Assembly (NCBI GenBank): GCA_021161465.1
Contig: JAGHAM010000023.1
Location: 8,895-72,894, forward strand
Direction: 5' to 3'
Source: Candidatus Iainarchaeum sp.
Lineage (GTDB): Archaea > B1Sed10-29 > WALL01 > JAGHAM01
DNA length: 64,000 nt
A program made the translations under genes and the position numbers. Each line of letters starts with the position of its first letter. The stretch's first letter is position 1. The notes under the pieces were generated by a model, which saw only the letters and a list, made by a program, of their open reading frames with translations, was not told where the DNA came from and ran no database searches. This document shows positions 29,601 through 39,175 of the stretch, piece after piece.

Positions 29601-31669
29601 ACATTGTATGGAACTCAACCGAAAATGGACTTGAAGACACCTGGCACCCCCTACAACTTAACAAAGAAATAGAAACGGGAATAGGCCTAAAAATCACTAA
29701 AAGCGTTGGCAAGAATGATGTCATGATACATGATAAACCAGACCTTGAAGGAGATTGGGAAGATGAACTCACAAAGGAGAGCGATAAGGTATATACACTC
29801 AAATTCATAGCTAGTGATAATGATGGTGTTGGCTCATGTATAGCAAGAATCCAACACAAAACAGATGGGAGTTATTACCTAAAATCATGCAAAGTAGTAG
29901 AGAAACTTGGGACAACTACCCCAAAGAAGGTTATATACTCTTGCCCGATGGAGCTACTGGAAGGTCCAAATGACATTACAATCAACTGCACAGACTTAAC
30001 TGGAAAAACCAATACAGGTAGATTCACGGTCACTCTAGACGAACAAGGCCCAGAGATAGTGAAAGATAGCATAAAAGTGGGTAAGTATGGGAACATAGAC
30101 GAACAAGGTACAAGAGTAAGAGCCCCAGACATAAACTTCACAGTCAAGGATGACTACTCTAAACCAGTTGAATGTAATTTGACCATCCCGCCTGCAGAGA
30201 TTTACAAGAACAATGGCTATAACTTTTTAACAACAACATATGAGTGTGAGCTAACACCAACTGGCGACCACACTGTGCTCGCCGAGTGCACAAGCCCAGA
30301 CTTCTCTGTGCTGTTCGTTAATCTTGACCCAAGCACGTGGGGGTTCTCATGCAATGATTCTCTCGGAAACGTGAGAAAGCAAGATGTGTATATGCCAAAA
30401 GGGTTGGGTGAGGAGGCTCCATCCATACTACAACTGAAGGATGACATAATGGAAGCCTGCAAGATAATAAGATACAAAAGAAGTCAACAGTACATAGAGG
30501 ACAAAGGTTTCATAGACCTAGGAGAAAATGGTTCAGTTGAGGTCCGTGATGGCGGCCAGATAGACAGGGATGGTATCCTTATGGAGATATACTACAAGAA
30601 CGACGGGAAGAGTGTAACTAGGAAAGACTTAGCTAGCCATATGAAATCACTTAATATTGATGCAGGTGTGCCAAGAGCCGCTTCCTGCTCAAAGCAAGCT
30701 GTTTGTGGAACCTCAATTGACTTAGTGCTAAAATATGCCACTGCAAACGTTGGTTCGACGATAGTGAATAAAGAAGTGGCAGAACAAGCTGAGAAGCAAC
30801 AGAAGGGATTGATTAGGAGAATATTCTCTGAATTGTATCAAAAAATAACAAAGAAAACAACTGAAGAAGTTAGTAGTGAAGTAACAGAAAAAGCAATTAA
30901 AGGTATGAAGATGCGGGCAGGGAAGGTACTCAAAGGAAGTATGAGTGCAGAGAAATTTGCGAAAAAATTCAATAAAGAATCTGTTGATGAAATTGTAAAT
31001 TTCTTTAAGAAGAATCCAGAGAAATATAAAGATTTGATAATTTCTAGTAAAAAAGATGTGAATGGGCTACCAAAACTGCTGGCCAAAGGAGAGTATAAGA
31101 CAGCAGGAATTACATTGGCAGGCATTGCAAAGAATGTCCCTGAAGCATCACCTATACTGGTAAAAGGCTTTGGAACAACATCACCTGAGGTAGCTACGAA
31201 GGCCATAGAAAGAATGTCAATGGCCATAACTAAGGAGGGTGTAGGCAAATGGTTCGTGAAGATGCTTATCATAGATGACATAAGTCGTATGCTACCTAGG
31301 GCGATTGCCGGAGATTATGCAAAGTATCTCACAGGTATAGAAGAAACACTTGATTCAAGGTTCCCAGGAGACCTGACAGATGGTGACTGTGACACTTCTT
31401 ATGACTTCTGGTCAAAAGTTGGTGCTAACATTGATGTCTTCCCACTCATTGGAGATTATGTAAAGGCGTTCACTCCAGACCCGTTCCAAACAGTGGTGTG
31501 CAGTCCAAAGAAACTGGAAGGGGGAAGATTGTATATAATTAGTGTGAAAGGGGCACAGGTCAACTTGGATTCCAAAGAGATGCCAACATGGGCACAGGTC
31601 ATGGGCAAGTGCTTTGACTCATGTGCAGACTACCAGTGCTCGGTAACAATCGTCGAGGAGAAGAAGTGA
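23636..31669 (+). CDS. giant (2677 aa) N-terminally membrane-anchored surface protein, paralog 1
   Basis: A single uninterrupted ORF. The N-terminus has a roughly 45-aa cytosolic segment (EIYAKIEDKYYAFLDYLQKRGIPVYSVIDPIE) followed by a TM helix (LPLLVGLLILILGLAYY). The large ectodomain is rich in T/N and N-glycosylation sequons. A/T box (AAAATATATATATTCAT) upstream. Confidence 0.75.
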   Translation: MQMGIDEIYAKIEDKYYAFLDYLQKRGIPVYSVIDPIEHAGIPSLPLLVGLLILILGLAYYTTAGPVGEDVTLTITSNGVAVTDAQVKALLDGTTIKSVVSRNGEAILSGLPPNKNITITIDKPGCALWSKTITPSEINDLNPQLQCESAIYSCLDISSDMVTAYVQDKDSIPPTSCEVRVHPRSNPSTSIAVGWKVENGVLHIEDPSQDNCPSKDDYVAILCDNGDYNNTISGLLSDIKLKGSITLTTTQPPEKPNATELPKIHIHVQSDTGHPLDGIIVKAVDAQCNDRASDFANAVLQAATGPNGDATLQIPNGQDFYLAASDKSGVYNEYCNSDDKYTSSLDMEAKNITIVMRVGSGTKIEVRESGTQEPIPGALVTVKDETGRSVGTPILTDSSGEANFVLYTGKSYTVEVRHRAYELIKDTVTGGEDAYIYMDPVDITQTGNLELTTVKAYGTKDRLGGVTVQLVRNDTVYAEIKTDRSGYYLLTNVVAGDYQTKVLPPGGVNYQSGPDVTIAPQNTTKTTIEVKPEKVTLSVITYVEMGGKKLRKQNVKVEMWDARYDEKIEEKTSGIERKVDFTVDKCSEVYFVLSYAENEGPYAGKKYGPLTSDPETYCGSREIKDLVLKEKPDQTTVSLTVTTPQGDEVDQLIPGNHYNALLEVALPEYTKKNTYNQVDVEMFVGETGSLLNTERTPVIIGTVGLQDLATQDPYISDVFKSDDYSFGQQPSREETGPSKYIKITITKYTPGTYVARIPLYVRKLADYETTKISYKATWVPPKGNSICSEEGCLWTRNSYQIVPEGTPQLYGLDSGAFYAYKAWLTASKNGSPITIDTPITQDAYFYLHINATARSDITSWGVKFETIPEIAEPIAYEGTIYRASGATTEITSTGLTGYTITNDKDIYALHSDDQLLLTVTMKAVSPGRCSLVPFNDLAHSLSFKVSEVPLLKKETLIAGVTATLQAKSLFEKGQDYAKDLWASYDVENETLPTNYKKFKLIFQFGNTAGETINAKLVLDAKDKSLSFTNVTVDGESNPGTGTYIQTTEFEVPSSGAEVVIEGEGTTQSTSNMDIYFWEQDTPRPDTPWATISYGKIDYSASIKAYEKGAVLKGVSENADEVRVWVYKSVDDSVSSIGGGIIEGDHVKIAYDNNSVIEWASLEPSGPYFKYVVPEDKPIRGKLTAIITSSKFGEIDETLSSSYVSFTPKSTNIKDFLNMNLVSNEEKTKDIIVASHYNEPLDMTIGNIQKDGWKFSLETTIYSLKPGTATVFMKRETQKGSGKVTIPAKGKAVIKVTASPVDVKCRYNETALLQLDVENVRKPYVYSFALNCTNGTSGVSYTTAVPTDHIVRLDIDPSTVTRFDCFNNSAESGLDTAYLCDAEQFGVSLLDAAWALYTDDYSVEHSYFYSLGKDELGQEGLSQILSRYGDKFEISHVYNSEDSAKATKTTDIVLDGKAGCGINKVVLTKINHDEDIRITITTNSSVPWCGRAAHAYLIGLLNYDQNLRPTLGKYYSFDTSMEGENVIDAIQYAKKQGNSISNTMLFSYGSAGESYSAQTIVNARAGGRPQSYIKYKDCEIMSGTDCPIFAINFFTTLKEPIIGYFDIDNKDDIHVGLVYDRSEITTEGAGNQLDTYRALFITRLLDYAVSGNMGQGIWIGSNNSQMIYIPTKDTSQNIVDLSPVTQRVLVYGKNYYDVENEEITGNRSVHVHIDIDDEPRYCVVGNLKPDGTITDSQEETPVFQPNSKDWPYGIDVFDWTLLPGNGRKRVVAYCMDKNGVTSRISVGEILLDTTGMLVFRGEQYPNTLSMYKPMITKDLFYHFIVMNKYGETTKCWMEYKDKEYMTEGEISLGTAPEDKNICNNGQNDNSPIPGVSDNWQIDDGCCYPVGGNSGNVEGSGTEKTYFFNMQEFTCNSPIVETENEEIPVEIWCMNSLGQKKKLIDVNLYRQSTDAPMFVLPGDFTFSVNGTYENGVMTSNYGGQGLYFDRNIVWNSTENGLEDTWHPLQLNKEIETGIGLKITKSVGKNDVMIHDKPDLEGDWEDELTKESDKVYTLKFIASDNDGVGSCIARIQHKTDGSYYLKSCKVVEKLGTTTPKKVIYSCPMELLEGPNDITINCTDLTGKTNTGRFTVTLDEQGPEIVKDSIKVGKYGNIDEQGTRVRAPDINFTVKDDYSKPVECNLTIPPAEIYKNNGYNFLTTTYECELTPTGDHTVLAECTSPDFSVLFVNLDPSTWGFSCNDSLGNVRKQDVYMPKGLGEEAPSILQLKDDIMEACKIIRYKRSQQYIEDKGFIDLGENGSVEVRDGGQIDRDGILMEIYYKNDGKSVTRKDLASHMKSLNIDAGVPRAASCSKQAVCGTSIDLVLKYATANVGSTIVNKEVAEQAEKQQKGLIRRIFSELYQKITKKTTEEVSSEVTEKAIKGMKMRAGKVLKGSMSAEKFAKKFNKESVDEIVNFFKKNPEKYKDLIISSKKDVNGLPKLLAKGEYKTAGITLAGIAKNVPEASPILVKGFGTTSPEVATKAIERMSMAITKEGVGKWFVKMLIIDDISRMLPRAIAGDYAKYLTGIEETLDSRFPGDLTDGDCDTSYDFWSKVGANIDVFPLIGDYVKAFTPDPFQTVVCSPKKLEGGRLYIISVKGAQVNLDSKEMPTWAQVMGKCFDSCADYQCSVTIVEEKK

Positions 31670-31713
31670 AGGTCGCTACGAAAAAGGGTCTCTTGCATCT
31701 TTGCCAAGCAAAA

Positions 31714-31724
31714 CTTTAAATAAT
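31714..31724 (+). promoter_or_regulatory. TATA-box-like element (CTTTAAATAAT) about 21 nt upstream of the start of giant protein 2
   Basis: A/T box at the spacing expected for a leaderless archaeal transcript. Analogous boxes lie upstream of 9645, 11915, 18038, 18716, 23636 and 38849. Confidence 0.35.
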
Positions 31725-31744
31725 CCTATTTGGTATTCTAAATC

Positions 31745-34700
31745 ATGGCACTTGTAGATATTTACCATCAAATAGAGGACAACTACTATTTCTTCCTTGA
31801 CTGGCTAGATGAAAAAGGAATTCCGATATACAACGTAGTTGACCCAATAGAAGCAAAAGGCATCCCAACGTTCCCACTTGCTGTTGGGATGGTGCTTCTA
31901 ATCCTCTTGCTATTGCTATCCTTAATAATAGGTATGGGCACTCAAGCAAACATGAACGTGAATGTAACCGTTACCACCAATGGCAATGCGCTGGCAGATG
32001 CCTCTGTTGTAGCCATCCAGGATGGGGAAGAAGTGAGTATAAAAACTACAGGTGATGACGGAAAAGTTTCACTCACAATTCCAAAAGCAGAAACGAGAAT
32101 AAACGTAACCGCAGAAGGGTGCCAATCTCAGGAGAAGGAGATAAATGAATCCGGGAACCTGAGCTTTGAACTAACATGTGGGGGAAAACCTGCTGGTTGC
32201 ATACCTATTTCAGCAACCATAAGCATGGTCAGGCTGACTGGTGATGACAACAAAGCACCGAAGAACTGCCACGTAACTATCTTAGATGATAAGGGAGACC
32301 CAACAGGTATAGAATGGCGCGTTGATGGCTCAAAGTTGTATCTTCCTGACCCTGATAAATATTGTATTAAGGAGAATTACACTGTCCAGATTTCATGTAC
32401 TGGGTACAAGCTGGTTGACACAGGAAAAAACATTATGAGTGAAATAAATGGGATGGGTGAGCTTGAGTTGCCATCAACAACTACACCTCCTGAGGACAAG
32501 TGTGCTCTTGGAGAAGAATGGAATGAAACTCTTGGGAAATGTGTAGAGAAACCAGTTACATGTCCAACTGGTGAGAAATGGGACAGCACATTAGAGATGT
32601 GTATTCCAGAACAAGTTGATGACGAGTATTCAATATATGTCATTGTAAAGAACAACAACACAGCCTTGTCTGGGATTCTTGTGACTGCCATAAGCTCATC
32701 TGGAAGTCAGTTAACAGAAGGCACCACCCAGGATTATACAGATAATGCTGGCAAGGCAGAGCTGTCCCTGAAAAAAGGCCAGAAGTTTAAGATAAAAGCA
32801 GAAGATGAAGCAGGAAAGTATTCTATGGTCATAACCAAAGAGTATACCGCTGACGCCACAAAAACCATCAACATCAGCATGCCAAAGGGAAGCCAGACTA
32901 CAATAAGGGTTATTGACAAGGAGACAAAGGAAAGCATTCCTTCTGCAACTGTCCTGCTCTACAAGGGGACTGAGGCATACGCAGCATTTACTACTGATAA
33001 AAATGGAAAAGTTGGTCTGACACTGCCTCCAGGAGTAACATATACCGCTTATGCATATGCCAATGGCTACAAGACCGATAAAGGCACAATCGCCGCTGGA
33101 AGCGCCATTACAATAAGCCTCCAGAAGGTATATGCACTTGAAGCAGGTAACCTAACGCTAAAAGCAGAAAATGCTTTGGACGGAAGCTCTATGGAAGGTG
33201 TTACATTCAGAATTTTCTCAAAGATTGGTAACGTGCCTTATGGTGGGTGCATCACAGGCTCAGATGGCAAATGTGCCATTTACTCCCTGCCAGAGGGCAG
33301 TTATTCTGTATACGCAACACCAAAGGGCAGTTACGATGAAGAGGACGTAGGTTCAGTTGATGTAAAGCATGGGGAAACAGTAGAAGAAACAATTAAGATT
33401 TACCCCTCCACGTTCAAATTAACGGTTTACACATGGCTGAACGGTGGCACCCCTAAGAGATGCGCGTCTGGGGCACATGTCACAATTGGGACTACAAATG
33501 ACATAGGTGTAAGCACCGAGCTAAACGACAGCTACACTGACAACAATGACTGCAAAGCAGAGTTCCATGTTTATAAGGGTCAGGATATCTGGATAAAGGC
33601 AACCTACACAGACGGTGGAAACATTCTCAGGGCAAGTGCCACATACACAGTAACTGGAGAAAAAGAAATAAACCTGATACTAACGCAACCAACAGCTAAT
33701 GTCTCGTTCAGCATGGGCGCGCTGGATATGGCTCCTGGTGATGTAAAGACCGGGACGCTATCCTTTGGTCTCCCATATTATGACAGCGACGGAACCAGGT
33801 ATAAAAACATTGAAATTAAGCTATGGGTTGGTGAAGAGGGGGATACTACAGACGCAGTAAAAACACCAGTCATGATAAACGGTTTTGAAGACTCTAACAT
33901 GCAAGGTGCTGCTGTATACGGGTACAAGAACTACCCGGGGACCACCATAGTTAGCGATACAAGCGGCGAGTACCTGAAATACCTTAAATTTGTAATCAGC
34001 AACAGCTCCGCTTACTACTCCAACAACATCAATACTTCTGTTAACGTGCCGATAAAGTTGAAAGCAAAAAATGCTTTTGAAGCCGACCAAACAATAGTCC
34101 ATGTGAGGGGTAAGTGGACCCCACCAAAAGGAAATCCAATAACTGCCGACTTTGATTTCAGGATAAATCTAACAGCGGGTACAAGCTGGTGCATGCTCCC
34201 TGGCGGAAGTGATTTCAGTGCATTTAAGGCCGGCTTCACGATAACCCCTGATGACAACGAGAGCCACTGGGAAGAGCATATGAGCACCACGAATGGCTCG
34301 GAATTCTACCTTAACATAAGAGCGATAGCCGCCAAGCAGCTTGACAGTTATAAGATAAACATGAAAACCCAGCCATCATATGGGTATTCTGTACTGAAGC
34401 TACTTCAATACTTCATTGGAAAGAATAGCCCACCAACAAATTACAAAGATGTAAACGAAGATGTATCTAGTAGTGGTATGGACCTAGAACCTGCTGACGC
34501 CTCAAAGGGTCTAGGTGACTTATATCAGTTAAACCAGGATGATGAAATCTCTTTGAGAATCAAGCTGAAGGCAATTCACAACGCAACTGGTACCAACTGG
34601 ATAAAACTATTCGATGATGAATCATGCAAGAAATCTTTTGAAATACGGGATGTGACCAACAAACCTACACCACTGCCAAACGTCACGGTTGAGGAGCACT

Positions 34701-37700
34701 ATTTCGTACAAGTTTGTCCACCAGAAGGTTACACAGGAACTATATGTAGATGGGGAGAAAGTGATGCCGATAAAATTGATAACCAGGAACTGGAACTCCC
34801 AACCTACTCGGCAGTATATGGCGAGGGCAGGAACTTTAGCATAAATCTTACCTTCAACAATATCGGTAGCACACCTGCAAACGTCCACATTGAAGCTGTA
34901 GATTCTGTGGGGGGCATAAGCTCATTGCATACGCCAGCAGATTTCACCATCCAGCCAAATAACCAGACAGAAGTTAACATAACTGGAAAGGGCGCTTCTG
35001 CCCAAGCAGGCACGATTAAATTGTACTTGTCCACATCGGCTAATGGCGCTAAAACACTATGGAGAACTATAAAGTATGGACCAGTTGACTATAACATAAC
35101 CTTGTGGGCAAATGCCTCTATCAGCGCTGGCGGAAACGAGCTGAAGGAAGAGTTAGTCAAACAAATAGACAGCGTAAAAGTGGTAGTATTCAGAAACAAC
35201 AATCCCACAACAGGCATAACAAACAATGGAAAAGTAGAATTCAATTACATCGACCCTGTGAATGGGCAGACCACTAAGGAGCTAAGAGGGGTGGATAATT
35301 ATTACATCTTTAACCATGACGCTATGAGTATCACAGCAGGGGATAGGAGTGCTGAAGTACATGTGGAGTATGGTGAGTTCGGAGGCCTAACAAAAGGTTA
35401 CCCCGTGCAGGGGATGGAGGTAACACCAGACGGAACGAGGTTCCCAGCTGATGGAGATTACACGCTGAGTGTGACCAATCTTAGAGAATCCAAGGTTGTG
35501 GGTGTGAACTCATCATGGCTCAGGTCTGCTAACTTTACACTGGATATCACCGGGTTTGATGTAGACAATGCTAAAAACAGAGGGTATGACACAATGATAC
35601 AAGTTTTCATCTACAACAGCACCAATGACCTTGTGAATACAATAACTCCAGATGGTGTCGTGAACATAACCCTGCCTGCCAAGGGAAGAGCGGACATAAA
35701 TGTCACCGTGGGGCTTTTGGAGAACAAGATATCAGCCTGCATCCAGGAACCATTCGTTGGAGAGATAAAGGTAACCCCCTGTTACCAGGACACAAAAACA
35801 TATGAATTCCATTATAGTTGTGCTGAGCTTGTTAGATACCAGCCAGCTAACAGGAAAGTTGAGTACATATTCACAAAAGACAACACAAGCTATACCGAGA
35901 GCCCTGCAATAACAGTGACCTCACTAGCTAACAAAAACCTGAATGTATTATTTGGATTCGAAAAGTATAACTCATGGTTAGACACATCATTCGAAAACTT
36001 TGAAATTAATATAACTACATTCTATCAGAATGGTGCAAAAAAGCAGACGTGCTCCCTAAATACCGAACATGATGGAACTATCAAGTGCGAGTTACCTCCA
36101 AACGGTACAGCGCAGGTGTCCATAAAGGCGAGTATAGATCCTGATAATCCGCCTGAAAAAGGAGACCTTTACATATCTTATCTACATATAACCCCAGATA
36201 GATGGCTTGAAGAGAACTTCACTTTGACGTTTAGTTATAGCGAAACTGGGGAGTACATATCCAAGTACACTGTGCATAGGGACACACATGAACCATTAGA
36301 CATAACCAAAGAAGAGGTAATAGATAATGATAATGTCTGCTGGTTTGGTGCTGGCCATTACACTTTATGCGATAGCACACAACTCTCGAAAGTTATCGAC
36401 GTTATTGGTAAACACATAAATGCGAACGGAGGGCTATTAAGGAAAGAATTTGCATTCGGGAATGATATCGCCACCATTAGCACAATCCAAACAATTGCTG
36501 GAAGCCAGGTGAAGGAAACTGAAGACGGCGCATCATATGGCGATATCGTGGTCAACATATTGACACGAGATAAGAAGATAACCTGTGGTGTGGTAACCAT
36601 AACCGCACAACAGGTAGGGGGGTTAACGCGTGTCAATATAACTGTGGATAAAAACCAACCATGGTGCGATAATGGGGAGGAACCCTTCCTATTCACTGGA
36701 TTAGCTAATTACGACGAGGATTTAGCTGAGAGCACAGGCGCGCCAGTGAAATTTATGAGGTTTGATGGAGACGCTACCGAGTTAAGCAAATTCAGGGATG
36801 CATTTGAGTACATAGACCCAGATTACATCCCAGTAGTCTTTGGATATGCTTATGCTAATGGGGAGGTATTTGATACTGGCAGTGAGAACCCGCCAATAGT
36901 GGTCCACTACAAAGAGTATAATTGCTCAGGGACGCCACCCGAAGGAACCAACGACTGCATAGACCTACCATCGTACTTACAATTCATCTATCGGGATTTC
37001 TACAACAATCCCGACTCACCAGATGGTGTAGGGTACTTTAGTTATCAGTATATAAGTACAACAGAGACAAATAATTTCTTCGTAGGTATAGCATACAAGA
37101 AGGCAATGGACGAAAGCGAACTAGACGAGCTGAGGAGGATACTGGCAAGCAACTTGATAAGCTACTGGACTATGGGAAACACATCTTGTATACAAGATAA
37201 CACAGGTGAGTTAATAGGAGAAAATTTAAATGGCAAAGTTTGCTCGATGATTGGCAAATTACCAAGAGGTGAGGGTGCCATAGACCTTAAAACCTTTGAC
37301 CCTACCAATAGAGGGTTTAAAGACTCAACTGGGAGCGATGGCAAGATTGGGCTGAACCTTACATTCGGTTCAGGTACAGTGTCATGTAGGATATGGAACA
37401 ACTGTGGTTCAAATACCTGTAAAAACGAAACCCTGATAAAAGGAGTAAATTGGGATAAGGATAACACCTATGTAGAAGTGCCTGACTGGACTGTCCCAAC
37501 AGATACTGGAGGAGGGAAACAGATTAAAGCAGAGTGCTATTCTGGTGGATACAAGGGTACTGGTGACCCTGTTTCTGCCGTCGTAGTTGTCGACAAAACA
37601 GCACCTACAGTCAGTGAAGATGAAAACTGTGACAGCGAGCCATGCTTTGAGGAAGGAGATGACCATGACCTGACATTCACAGCCACTGATAAGTATGGTA

Positions 37701-38404
37701 TAGCTTCATGCGAAGCATTTAGGGTCTATAGCGACGGTTCAGTTACACCATTAAGCTGTGGGCGTATAGGTGATTCAGATAGATTCAGGTGCTCTGGTAT
37801 AGAAAAGCCGCCAGAAGGCCAGTACCACCAGTATCCATCAGAGTACTCAGGTGACTGCGGTTCGTACCACCTATCAAGTGATGGGAGGGCGTGTCTTGAC
37901 ATAATAAACTACACCTGCACAGACAAGAATGGGAATACCGCGGAGGATAGGCAGATAAAAATCTTCTGGGGAGAGAGTAGTATTGAGGTACATGTAAAAG
38001 AGATTTACTCCCAGCTTATCAACTTAGCTAATAATGGTGTGGTAGAATACGGAAAGGTGGAACCAATTGAGTCTGGTAAAGCTGTTGTATACAACACAAT
38101 AACCAAAAATGGAGATACTCAATCTGTACCTGTGTACTACACAAGTTCAACTGAAAACGTGATAAAGTTCAACATCACTGGGAAATTTGGCATTAGCGAC
38201 CTTAGTTGCGATGACGCACATATCATAGGGCCTAATAGCGATGAGCTCACTCCCTCACAAGACCACGACTCAGCACCAGGATGGAAAGACTATACACTAG
38301 ATTTCAACCTGGAAAGCGAAGGTGAGTATGTTGTGAATATAACTTGCATAGGAAATGGGAATTACGAGGATACGCCCTCTATGAAAGTGCCCGTAAAAGA
38401 ATAG
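31745..38404 (+). CDS. giant (2219 aa) N-terminally membrane-anchored surface protein, paralog 2
   Basis: N-terminus MALVDIYHQIEDNYYFFLDWLDEKGIPIYNVVDPIEAKGIPTFPLAVGMVLLILLLLLSL is clearly homologous to the N-terminus of the 23636 gene. It shares further internal motifs with it (W.PPKGN; ...PWC...L.NYD.(N/D)L). ACTTTAAATAAT box about 22 nt upstream. Confidence 0.75.
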   Translation: MALVDIYHQIEDNYYFFLDWLDEKGIPIYNVVDPIEAKGIPTFPLAVGMVLLILLLLLSLIIGMGTQANMNVNVTVTTNGNALADASVVAIQDGEEVSIKTTGDDGKVSLTIPKAETRINVTAEGCQSQEKEINESGNLSFELTCGGKPAGCIPISATISMVRLTGDDNKAPKNCHVTILDDKGDPTGIEWRVDGSKLYLPDPDKYCIKENYTVQISCTGYKLVDTGKNIMSEINGMGELELPSTTTPPEDKCALGEEWNETLGKCVEKPVTCPTGEKWDSTLEMCIPEQVDDEYSIYVIVKNNNTALSGILVTAISSSGSQLTEGTTQDYTDNAGKAELSLKKGQKFKIKAEDEAGKYSMVITKEYTADATKTINISMPKGSQTTIRVIDKETKESIPSATVLLYKGTEAYAAFTTDKNGKVGLTLPPGVTYTAYAYANGYKTDKGTIAAGSAITISLQKVYALEAGNLTLKAENALDGSSMEGVTFRIFSKIGNVPYGGCITGSDGKCAIYSLPEGSYSVYATPKGSYDEEDVGSVDVKHGETVEETIKIYPSTFKLTVYTWLNGGTPKRCASGAHVTIGTTNDIGVSTELNDSYTDNNDCKAEFHVYKGQDIWIKATYTDGGNILRASATYTVTGEKEINLILTQPTANVSFSMGALDMAPGDVKTGTLSFGLPYYDSDGTRYKNIEIKLWVGEEGDTTDAVKTPVMINGFEDSNMQGAAVYGYKNYPGTTIVSDTSGEYLKYLKFVISNSSAYYSNNINTSVNVPIKLKAKNAFEADQTIVHVRGKWTPPKGNPITADFDFRINLTAGTSWCMLPGGSDFSAFKAGFTITPDDNESHWEEHMSTTNGSEFYLNIRAIAAKQLDSYKINMKTQPSYGYSVLKLLQYFIGKNSPPTNYKDVNEDVSSSGMDLEPADASKGLGDLYQLNQDDEISLRIKLKAIHNATGTNWIKLFDDESCKKSFEIRDVTNKPTPLPNVTVEEHYFVQVCPPEGYTGTICRWGESDADKIDNQELELPTYSAVYGEGRNFSINLTFNNIGSTPANVHIEAVDSVGGISSLHTPADFTIQPNNQTEVNITGKGASAQAGTIKLYLSTSANGAKTLWRTIKYGPVDYNITLWANASISAGGNELKEELVKQIDSVKVVVFRNNNPTTGITNNGKVEFNYIDPVNGQTTKELRGVDNYYIFNHDAMSITAGDRSAEVHVEYGEFGGLTKGYPVQGMEVTPDGTRFPADGDYTLSVTNLRESKVVGVNSSWLRSANFTLDITGFDVDNAKNRGYDTMIQVFIYNSTNDLVNTITPDGVVNITLPAKGRADINVTVGLLENKISACIQEPFVGEIKVTPCYQDTKTYEFHYSCAELVRYQPANRKVEYIFTKDNTSYTESPAITVTSLANKNLNVLFGFEKYNSWLDTSFENFEINITTFYQNGAKKQTCSLNTEHDGTIKCELPPNGTAQVSIKASIDPDNPPEKGDLYISYLHITPDRWLEENFTLTFSYSETGEYISKYTVHRDTHEPLDITKEEVIDNDNVCWFGAGHYTLCDSTQLSKVIDVIGKHINANGGLLRKEFAFGNDIATISTIQTIAGSQVKETEDGASYGDIVVNILTRDKKITCGVVTITAQQVGGLTRVNITVDKNQPWCDNGEEPFLFTGLANYDEDLAESTGAPVKFMRFDGDATELSKFRDAFEYIDPDYIPVVFGYAYANGEVFDTGSENPPIVVHYKEYNCSGTPPEGTNDCIDLPSYLQFIYRDFYNNPDSPDGVGYFSYQYISTTETNNFFVGIAYKKAMDESELDELRRILASNLISYWTMGNTSCIQDNTGELIGENLNGKVCSMIGKLPRGEGAIDLKTFDPTNRGFKDSTGSDGKIGLNLTFGSGTVSCRIWNNCGSNTCKNETLIKGVNWDKDNTYVEVPDWTVPTDTGGGKQIKAECYSGGYKGTGDPVSAVVVVDKTAPTVSEDENCDSEPCFEEGDDHDLTFTATDKYGIASCEAFRVYSDGSVTPLSCGRIGDSDRFRCSGIEKPPEGQYHQYPSEYSGDCGSYHLSSDGRACLDIINYTCTDKNGNTAEDRQIKIFWGESSIEVHVKEIYSQLINLANNGVVEYGKVEPIESGKAVVYNTITKNGDTQSVPVYYTSSTENVIKFNITGKFGISDLSCDDAHIIGPNSDELTPSQDHDSAPGWKDYTLDFNLESEGEYVVNITCIGNGNYEDTPSMKVPVKE

Positions 38405-38848
38405 TGACTGCATTACTGGAGAGGATAGTCATAAACTTGTTTGGGAGTCTGGATGAATTCTTAGGAGTGCCTCCAGAGCTAACCCTGCTTTTCCTCCTAG
38501 CAAAGCTAGCCATCATAGGCGCGCTTCTGTTTGCGGTTTACAGGTATTTCACGAAGAACAAGCTCGTGCTGGCCCTGGCTGCAGCAGTCATGGCATACAT
38601 CCTGTTTTTGTAAGCAACACTCTCGCTGCTGCGTTCCTCGCTCTCTCACAGAAAAAATGTACATTCTGCTTTTGTAGATGCAACACTGGCAAGTCAATGG
38701 TCCAAACATCAGGCAATCACAGGTTAAGCCGTTCCAGCCAGTATGGGCGCGGACTCCACTATTGCCCTCTTTTCTATGTTTTTGGGTATTGCGCTGTTGT
38801 CTGCGCTTCGAGCATAGTTTTTTATATTTTTGGCTCTTTGATTAGCTT

Positions 38849-39175
38849 ATGAACCTTGGATTCCTTGGTGACATAAAAAACACCATAGACCTGTTATTCC
38901 TTGGATTTAAGGTCGTAGTTCTTGTATTCCTTGTAGGATGGGTTAGGGGCCACCTGGGCGGAGGGATAATCGCAACAGTTGCCATACTCATCATTGGATG
39001 GCTTGTGCTCTTCAAATACTTCTATTTATTTGGGCCAATGGCAGTAATTTACCTGATATTGATAGTTGGAGGTAGTGGTGTTATAATGGATATAGCCTTT
39101 GGTAGGTCCATGTACCTCGAGGAACCATACATAGGAAAGGATTTGATGGATGGAAGGAGGCCCCCACCAATATGA
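38849..39175 (+). CDS. small membrane protein (3 TM), array member 1
   Basis: 108 aa, very hydrophobic. A TTTTTTATATTTTT box sits about 25 nt upstream of the ATG. Confidence 0.45.
   Translation: MNLGFLGDIKNTIDLLFLGFKVVVLVFLVGWVRGHLGGGIIATVAILIIGWLVLFKYFYLFGPMAVIYLILIVGGSGVIMDIAFGRSMYLEEPYIGKDLMDGRRPPPI

Noticed and set aside
24375-37666. Numerous small minus-strand ORFs inside the two giant genes
   Set aside because: They are antisense to continuous 8-kb and 6.7-kb ORFs that share paralogous sequence, so the giants are the real genes.
38640-38848. Possible ncRNA in the 200-nt spacer between the giant-protein region and the small-membrane-protein array
   Set aside because: No convincing stem-loop architecture or conserved motif could be seen by eye. 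The region more likely carries the promoter (TTTTTTATATTTTT) for the downstream array.
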